A DNA stretch of 26,704 nucleotides from the IMG/VR virus record IMGVR_UViG_3300009152_000172; one strand, given 5' to 3'. Source of the DNA: a virus. This document shows, one piece after another, positions 19,986 through 26,704 of this stretch (position 1 is its first letter; each line of letters begins with the position of its first letter). Position numbers and translations under genes: made by a program. The notes beneath the pieces were generated by a model. It was not told where the DNA came from, did no database searches, and was given only the letters and a program-made list of their open reading frames with translations.

Positions 19986-20978
19986 TATCTTAATCCTCCT
20001 ATTGACTTAAAGGTCAAATCTGGATTTATTTCTTGATCATCTAAGGAAAAATAAAAGTTTTTTAAGAAACTTATTTTACTTATATATATTTGATTATTAG
20101 CCGATAAAATATTTTTATCTGATAAAGTTTCAATCTCTAAACTGTAGTCAAGATATTCTAAATCATTTTTTTGAAAAATTATTGATTCTTTTTCTTCAGT
20201 TGAATAACAATCAATTTCATACCAGTCCAAAACTATATTTTCAGTTTCTACTGAAGATTCATATTTTGTAGTTATTCTAATTTTACACTTACCATATCCT
20301 GGACCAACTGCGCCAGTTATTTTAATGTTTGGTCCACTAAAAGTTCCGACTATCTTAGATCCAACTTTTGTTGACAGATTATTAATCCAATCTGTTCCAT
20401 CGTTAAAGTATGCCAATCTATAATATCCAATAGAGTTTTTATTAATCTCAGTGTCGTACAAATCAATACTCGGTGGAGTTGCGCTATAGTAAGGACTGTA
20501 GCCTGGACTTGCTTCAAGTGAATTAATAACAGTATTTGGATATTCTACGTATTCATAAGATGTTACTGAATTTGATGTAACTGGAGTTGCATGAATATAC
20601 TTTATATAGTCTGATCCATAGTAAACGCTATAGGTTCCATCTGGAAGACTATTTGCTTCGTGATTCTTTGCGGCCTTAAAATACATTATACCGTCAACAA
20701 TTCTAGTAACCACAGGAGTTGAAGCCTCTAATGTTGAAACATTGGAATTTTCATAAACGACTAAATATGAATGATCTTGCTCAACTTTAAGAAGACTGGA
20801 ATTATATACATAATTTAATTCATTATTTCCAATATCTGCAAATAACCAATCATTAGTAGTTATGTAGTCTTTTAATTGATCTATTGCTATTCCGTCTTTT
20901 TAAGGGCGGAGTAGTATAAACCTTTTGTTGAGGACTTGCTAAATTACTTGTATTGTCTAAATATTTAAACCAGCTCAT
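19985..20978 (-). CDS. Structural/fibre-associated protein; split by a +1 frameshift at CGG (20894-20892)
   Basis: ATG at 20978: MSWFKYLDNTSNLASPQQKVYTTPPLKR-CGG..., +1 frame GIAIDQLKDYITTNDWLFADIGNN...YNSSLLKVEQDHSYLVVYENSNVSTLEASTPVVTRIVDGIMYFKA... to 19985. The track shows only 19985..20713, from an internal GTG. Confidence 0.75.
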
Positions 20979-20979
20979 G

Positions 20980-22599
20980 TCACAACTCTATGTATAATAT
21001 TTCAAAATCGTATTTGTCCTTAAATTCATCTGGTATATCGATGCTGATATTCACATCTGCAACTGGAACTCCACCTATTAGTATATCAGGTGTAATAGAG
21101 TCAATTTTGATAACAACTTCTTTTGCGGCTGAATTTATTTGCTGTAAATTAATTTCATTTCTTACCGACTCATAATCTATGTCTATAGATCTTATTCTCT
21201 TAGATCCATCTGAGCCAGAATGAGAATGTTCACCTATCTGTACTCCATCTATCTTTGCAGCATTTTCTACCGTTATGTCTCCAACTATAACTCCACCAGA
21301 CTTCATTAAATACTGAGGATGGCTGTCTTCATTCAGATCATCTAATAAAGCATGGCTAGATTTTAATGAGTTAATTTGAGACTCATCTACGAATAAACCA
21401 GAAAGCAAAAAAGCATAATTTGAATCTGTTTCTGTAGTGACAATTCTTTCTCTATTTACAGCTTTTGCAGAAAGCTGAGATATAAAGCTTGTGTATTTTC
21501 TTCTTTGAACTATAGATTGATATAAAGAGTCTATCTTTGCAGATGTATTATTTCTTCTCTCTAACAAGTCAGTTAAAACTGATTTAAAGTTACCCTCTGC
21601 AGCCAGTAGTGCTATTGCTGCTTCTTCTGATAAGCTAGGTAATTCTGTTTTCATATTTGTAGTTCTTATATCTAAAGCAAAATCTGCAACAACTTTTGTT
21701 TTAAATCTTAATGATGGACTTAAGTACTTATTGTAAAATACATTGCAGTTAGTTACCAAATCTTTATGAAGGGTATCTAACTGACTGTCTATCATGTTTG
21801 TTAAAGAGTTTACTTTGATAGAAAAAAATGCTTGAAATTGAGCGGCTTGCTTTTTAGTTGTTTTATCCACTTCGGTTTCTGGCAAACCTGTTGGGGATGA
21901 TTTGATTGATTGGGCAAAGAGTTCCTTATAGTGGATTGCCATTTTGAGCCAGTATAAGTAGTACGACGCGACCTGTTGTTGTGAGTCATCTTCATAGTTA
22001 TCTCCAAAATCTGCACCTAATGAATTTATAATGCAATTAGTTTCGTTTACTAAGTACTTAATAATTTCTCTAAAATCGTAGATATGACCAAATGTAGTAT
22101 TTGATATTAAGTTATCATATTCTTTTACAAATTTTCTATAGCCTCTTGTTTGAACTCCTTCCGCGTAGAGATATTGATCAAAACAGATAAAAGGCGGCCT
22201 AGGATATTTTAAGGTACCTGCATATCCCTCTATTTCTATTTTAGGATATGGATGATCAACTTTATTAATTTCATCCCAAACATAGGCGTGTGCTTCTTCT
22301 AAGTTTGGATTATTTAACGGATCTAACTTTACCTGTCTTAATAAGTCTTCTAAGTCTTTTAAAAATTTAAGTAAGTCTGAAAGGCTATTTTTTGCTTCTT
22401 GTTTGAGAGACTGTAAGGGGACTGAATATGGCTGATCATTACCATATGATACTCCGGCTTGGAAAAGAACTGAACTTGCTCCGCTTCTAGTAAAAGACGA
22501 TTCAGTTGAACTACGAGAAGATGATTCAGTTGTTGAATAATCTAATGTTACCTTTTGCTCTGTTGAGAGTTGATTGTCTATATTGTTAACTAATGACAT
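20980..22599 (-). CDS. Large structural protein
   Basis: 539 aa; fibre/baseplate-like ...LLDDLNEDSHPQYLMKSGGVIVGDITVENAAKIDGVQIGEHSHSGSDGSKRI... Confidence 0.75.
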   Translation of the reverse strand: MSLVNNIDNQLSTEQKVTLDYSTTESSSRSSTESSFTRSGASSVLFQAGVSYGNDQPYSVPLQSLKQEAKNSLSDLLKFLKDLEDLLRQVKLDPLNNPNLEEAHAYVWDEINKVDHPYPKIEIEGYAGTLKYPRPPFICFDQYLYAEGVQTRGYRKFVKEYDNLISNTTFGHIYDFREIIKYLVNETNCIINSLGADFGDNYEDDSQQQVASYYLYWLKMAIHYKELFAQSIKSSPTGLPETEVDKTTKKQAAQFQAFFSIKVNSLTNMIDSQLDTLHKDLVTNCNVFYNKYLSPSLRFKTKVVADFALDIRTTNMKTELPSLSEEAAIALLAAEGNFKSVLTDLLERRNNTSAKIDSLYQSIVQRRKYTSFISQLSAKAVNRERIVTTETDSNYAFLLSGLFVDESQINSLKSSHALLDDLNEDSHPQYLMKSGGVIVGDITVENAAKIDGVQIGEHSHSGSDGSKRIRSIDIDYESVRNEINLQQINSAAKEVVIKIDSITPDILIGGVPVADVNISIDIPDEFKDKYDFEILYIEL

Positions 22600-22607
22600 A
22601 TTTTTAC

Positions 22608-24465
22608 CTAAAACATTTTTCTAGAAACACGTTTTGCAGGTCTCCCTTTTCTGATACCTGGCATCAAGTCAGAGTTTCTTTTAGTAGTTACCATGATACC
22701 AGATGCAGGTGCTTCTTTATCCCCATCGTCAGATACACTATTCGCCTTTGGCATAAAGAATGTATTCGAAAAACTCTCTGTATTTCTTGCTACCTTTAAT
22801 TTACTAAAGTCTCCATAATTTTGAGTAATGGCAAGAAGTGCTAACATTAAAGCATCATGGGCGTGGTCCATAGCTGATCCACCAGCTTCAAATATGGGCC
22901 TTCCTGTTTGAGTAGTTCTAACAACAACATATGAAATTAACTGCATGTAGAGTTCTTCATCTGAAGCTGGAAACAAGATAGCTTCTCTTTCAAGATATTG
23001 AGTTAGGTTATCTACCATGTATGGTTTAATTTCTTTTTTAATTGGAAGCTTGGTATATGGATCTCTTATCTCAATGCTCTCGCCAAACCCTATTCCCTTA
23101 ACTCTATCTCTAAGATTTGATTTTGGATTTTCTGTTCCATATTTTCTAAGTAGCTCTACTTGAACTTCTCCATATCCTCTGTCAACATAAATGTGCTTTG
23201 GTTGAAAAGATTCATTCAACTCAACTATTCTATTAACTCCATTTGTTAAAGTATATTCAGACTTGGGAATTTCTTCTCTGTATACAACTCTAACTTTATT
23301 TCTAAATCTTTCATCTTCATAATTTTCGTTACAAGTTTCTAATACAACTATATTTGTTCCAGCACCGTACTTGTCCCAGTCAACTCCAATTGTATAAAAT
23401 GATCTAGCTGATTGTGTTTCGGGAGTGTAGTCCCAAGATGGATCTATGAAAGCTTTATCTATAAATTTTCTAGGATAAACACCTTCTGCGTCTTCGCCCC
23501 AATCTGCTTCAATTTCATGACGATAACCCATCTCTGAGTATTGCTCTCTAAATTCATCTTCTTGCTCTTTAGAAAAATAGGGGTTGCAATATGATGGAAA
23601 CCAGAACTCTTGAAATCTAGCGCTTCTACACCATTCCCAAAATCTTTCTCTTCTACCAGTTGGCGTTGAAGCTCCAATGAGTATTTTATCCGGTTGGTCT
23701 TCTGCGGTCTTCTGTAGCATCGCGTAGAGTGCGTCAAGGTCATCTGCATGCATGTAGTCCATTTCGTCCAACACAATCACGTGGGCTTCTTGACCACGAG
23801 CTACGTCTGACTTTCCACCTGAACGCATACCAGATGTAAAGAATCTAATTGTAGATCCATTAGAAAACTGAATCATAAACTGAGGACTAGTTACTTTTCT
23901 CGTAATTGAATTCATTACTATTTCATTCTTAGAAGCTAATCTAAGAATTTCTTGATAAATTAATTCAACGTGCGATTTCATTGGTGCAATAACTAGGCAC
24001 CTGCCGTCTTTATGAGTGTAGCTATAGTGAAGCAATGCAATAGCCATGCTAAAAGTTTTTCCTAAACGACGACCTGCTCTTAATACTTTCCTCAAAGCTG
24101 GATCGCGCAAAATCAAAGTTTGATAAACTCTTGTTTCTGCTTGAAGAAAGTGTTTTGCCCATCTACATGGATCTTTAGAAATATGTATTTGCCTTTGTTG
24201 ATCAGCCGATATTCCGCATGTCTAACAAGCTGTTATCAACTTCAAATGGTTCGTCAATCAATAGAGCTAATTCTCTATTTGTAAATTCTCTGCCTTCAAC
24301 TGGTGTTCCATCAGCCCAATTTATGTGATTTAATTTGTTTTTAAAAACCCATTCAATTCTGTTTACTTGTTTTGAATATTCTGGATCTTGGGCGTTGATA
24401 ATTTCTAAAAGATCGTCTCTAGATAAACCTTCTAATCTTTTGCGAAACTCCTTAGTTTTGTCCAT
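22608..24465 (-). CDS. terL: Terminase large subunit; split by a +1 frameshift at CGG (24216-24214)
   Basis: 0-frame MDKTKEFRKRLEGLSRDDLLEI...FEVDNSLLDM-CGG..., +1 frame GISADQQRQIHISKDPCRWAKHFLQAETRVYQTLILRDPALRKVLRAGRRLGKTFSMAIALL... Walker A-like AGRRLGKT, Walker B-like VIVLDEMDY, nuclease-half GVDWDKYG and DHAHDALMLALLA. Confidence 0.92.
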
Positions 24466-24473
24466 AGTATATT

Positions 24474-26097
24474 CTACCCGAAATGCGAAGCCATCATCGC
24501 ACCTTCTGATCCAAGTAGTGATCTAGCGTTTAATCTACTGTTTTGAATTGCGGCAACGCCTCTAGATCTGGAAGTTGCTCTAACTTCATCATCTTTATAT
24601 CCTGCTCCAAAGACTCCGGTATACATATTACCCTGCATTGACTTCATGCCGTCTTTACCAAAATTAATTCCAGCTTTAATAGCTTTTCCGCCAAGTTTAG
24701 CTAATTGATAAGCCATATCTGCTGCAAATATTAAATTAAGACCAGGTATTGCTGCTAATGCTGCTTCTCCTGCTACAGCCATACCGACTCGTGCTCCACC
24801 ATGTTTAACTGCAGTCATGGCTCCACGAGTTCCTAAGGATTTTAATATACCTTTTTCTACAACTTCTGTAGCCATTCCTTCATACCCTGAAATGGCGCTC
24901 ATTCTTATACCTGCACCCGCTGCTCTTGAGCGTAAGACTGAGCTATTTTCAAATGCTTTTGTTAATGGATTTGCAATCTTAAAAAATGATTCTGTCATTT
25001 GAATTGATGAAGTTCCAATTGTTTTCATTCCAGCTGTTCCCATTCCAGTGCGCATTTCTACACCGCCACCAGATGTTAATATCCCACGCATAAATGACCT
25101 ACTTGCAGAACCCTGCACACCTTCTACCATTGCATATCTTCTAGCGCCAACTGTTAAAGCGGTTGCACCCTCCGCCCCTACTAATGATGCTCCAAGTGCA
25201 TTTAAACCACCAGATTCAAATCTAGCTGCCATTGCTTCTGGTGTTCCCAGTGTTGCCCTTGCTGAAGCTAGTCTTTCAGCGGCTGTTGAACCAGGACCGC
25301 CAAGCGTTCCACGCATATTAAGTCTAGCTGCATTTAAAACATCTTGTTTTGGAACTAAAGCCATAGGGTTGTTCATAGCGGTTATTCTTGCTATGTTCAT
25401 ATCAGCTCCAGCTGTTGATAGACCTCTAGCTGCTCTTCTTTCTATTTTATTAATAGCACCAAGTCTAGAAAACATTCCACCACTAAATTTAGGATTAGCT
25501 TGTCCGTCCAGTTAACATATTTCCTAAATTAGCAAATGCTCCACCGTTATGCGCTGCATAGAATCCCTGACCCGTAGGACCAAATCTACTTACGCTTGCG
25601 TGTCTACCAAATGCAAATGGGTTTAATGTTAAGTTTTGCCTTCTAAAACCTTTAAACATTGGCGCTTTATAATCAAGCCTTGAAGCTGTTGCAACGCCTT
25701 CTCCTCCACCCATCCCAAGCATTCTGCCTAGTCTGTTAGCTCCATGCATTTGCTTTGGTCTAGATAACTTTGCGCCTCTTCTAGTTTGTCTACCAAATAT
25801 ATTTACTCCACCAACGTATGGACTTCCTGCTCTTTGTACTGTTGTTGGAGTTAACGCACCTTTTCTAAAAGGCCTAAGTTTAGTTTGACCTTTTGTTGCA
25901 AACATACTTCTATTATCTAAGAAGCCACCTTTAAGAATTGTATTTTGACCTCTGTACTGATTTAATCCAGCTACAAGAGGAATACTAGTTACGCCAGCTG
26001 CTGTCTCTTGAGTGCGCATAGCATCACCGAGAAAACCTGGAATTTCTTGAGCGCTTCCTGGCGCTTCAAGATTTTCAAAAGAAGAAATATCACTCAT
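24474..26097 (-). CDS. Gly/Ala-rich structural protein; split by a +1 frameshift at CGG (25506-25504)
   Basis: 0-frame MSDISSFENLEAPGSAQEIPGFLGDAMRTQ...GGAFANLGNMLTG-CGG..., +1 frame GQANPKFSGGMFSRLGAINKIERRAARGLSTAG... to 24474. The track lists two ORFs, 25495..26097 and 24474..25475. Confidence 0.8.
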
Positions 26098-26100
26098 TTA

Positions 26101-26704
26101 TTACATTCCTCTTCTTAGGTTGTGCATCCCCAATACGATGCTTCCGTCTGCGTTTAGGTCTTGCGCATTTTTTAGTGAAACGTTATTTGATCCTGAAACT
26201 TGTCCTGGATCATATTGCATGTTGTCTCTTCTTAGGGTTCTTCCTTTTCCAGCGTATGGTGATTCTCTAAAAAATCTTTCATTTCTATTTACATAACTTC
26301 CAATTGCGCCACCAACAGCAGCTAAACCTAAACCAGCTCCAACTATTCCACCTATTGTTCCGCCTCGTAAAGCTTTAGTTGCTAATTTACTACCTGCTGG
26401 ATTCTTTATCATATTTCCAACCATTGCACCCGCTGCTGTTCCTAGACCAGCTCCAATTCCAACTGCACCAACTGCACCAACCATTCCTGTGGTTCCAGCT
26501 CCACCAGTCATACCTGGAGCAACGGCGTCAAATACACTACCTGGACTTAACTTTCTACCAAGAAAAGATTCATCTGCATTGGGGTCACCAAAAGCTACAT
26601 CCATAGCTGCGTCTCTTGCAGCTGGTAGTGTTTCCTTGGCTAATCCAGCCATAGCTGCTCCACCTATGATTGCAGTTGCGCCAACTTTAGAGGTTGCAGC
26701 TTTA
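26101..26704 (-). CDS. Gly/Ala-rich structural or membrane-associated protein, 5' end beyond the right edge
   Basis: Frame is open upstream of the track start at 26652 to the edge (KAATSKVGATAIIGGAAMAGLAKETLPAAR...); alternating GxxxG/GAG hydrophobic stretches. Confidence 0.7.
   Translation of the reverse strand, partial: KAATSKVGATAIIGGAAMAGLAKETLPAARDAAMDVAFGDPNADESFLGRKLSPGSVFDAVAPGMTGGAGTTGMVGAVGAVGIGAGLGTAAGAMVGNMIKNPAGSKLATKALRGGTIGGIVGAGLGLAAVGGAIGSYVNRNERFFRESPYAGKGRTLRRDNMQYDPGQVSGSNNVSLKNAQDLNADGSIVLGMHNLRRGM

Noticed and set aside
24116-24116. Track start codons at 24116 (TTG), 20713 (GTG), 4297 (TTG) and 14654 (ATG) as real gene starts
   Set aside because: Each is simply the first possible start downstream of the frame change. 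Coding-like sequence continues upstream in the same frame to the CGG junction. Internal initiation remains testable, especially at GTG 18526.
22608-24465. Intron, intein or homing-endonuclease interruption of the terminase gene
   Set aside because: No extra sequence lies between the two halves. They overlap within a few nucleotides and join by skipping one base.
1-26704. Random sequencing or assembly indels as the explanation for the broken genes
   Set aside because: Not fully excluded, but disfavoured. All seven changes have the same sign and coincide with an in-frame CGG otherwise absent from genes; five of seven have no adjacent homopolymer, and no break occurs without CGG. A motif-specific systematic basecalling error is the remaining artefact hypothesis and needs raw reads.
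1-26704. Classical -1 slippery heptamers (X XXY YYZ) causing the breaks
   Set aside because: The required shift is +1 at every site and no common heptamer is present at the junctions.
1-26704. CRISPR array, tRNA gene, integrase or transposon, or a defence island
   Set aside because: None seen. The repeats are protein-coding fibre modules, and I recognised no cloverleaf or mobile-element protein. A tRNA able to read CGGN would have to lie outside this window.

Overview
Window of a tailed-phage (Caudoviricetes) late/structural region, with essentially every real gene on the minus strand. In minus-strand gene order it runs: Gly/Ala-rich virion proteins, terminase large subunit, large structural protein, fibre-type proteins including an S74-chaperone-tipped fibre, portal, a GT-A-like glycosyltransferase, prohead protease fused to a Dps/ferritin-like domain and a coiled-coil tail, a head protein, HK97-type major capsid protein (with a strong terminator), and three large repeat-rich tail-fibre genes. 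The main observation is that seven genes are split into two reading frames. Every break needs a +1 shift in the direction of translation, and every break has an in-frame CGG codon inside the permitted shift window. Skipping the C (NNR-C-GGA/GGT, read on as Gly) restores one continuous product each time, including an intact large terminase and an intact prohead-protease N-terminus (..AAIHE|GLTANY..). Checking arginine codons by eye in the other ORFs, I found no other in-frame CGG in roughly 8,700 codons. This looks like recurrent programmed +1 recoding at an unassigned or hungry CGG codon (or a quadruplet CGGN decoder), and I do not know of a description of it in phages. A systematic sequencing or assembly artefact must be excluded first. 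All coordinates and codon checks were done by hand.
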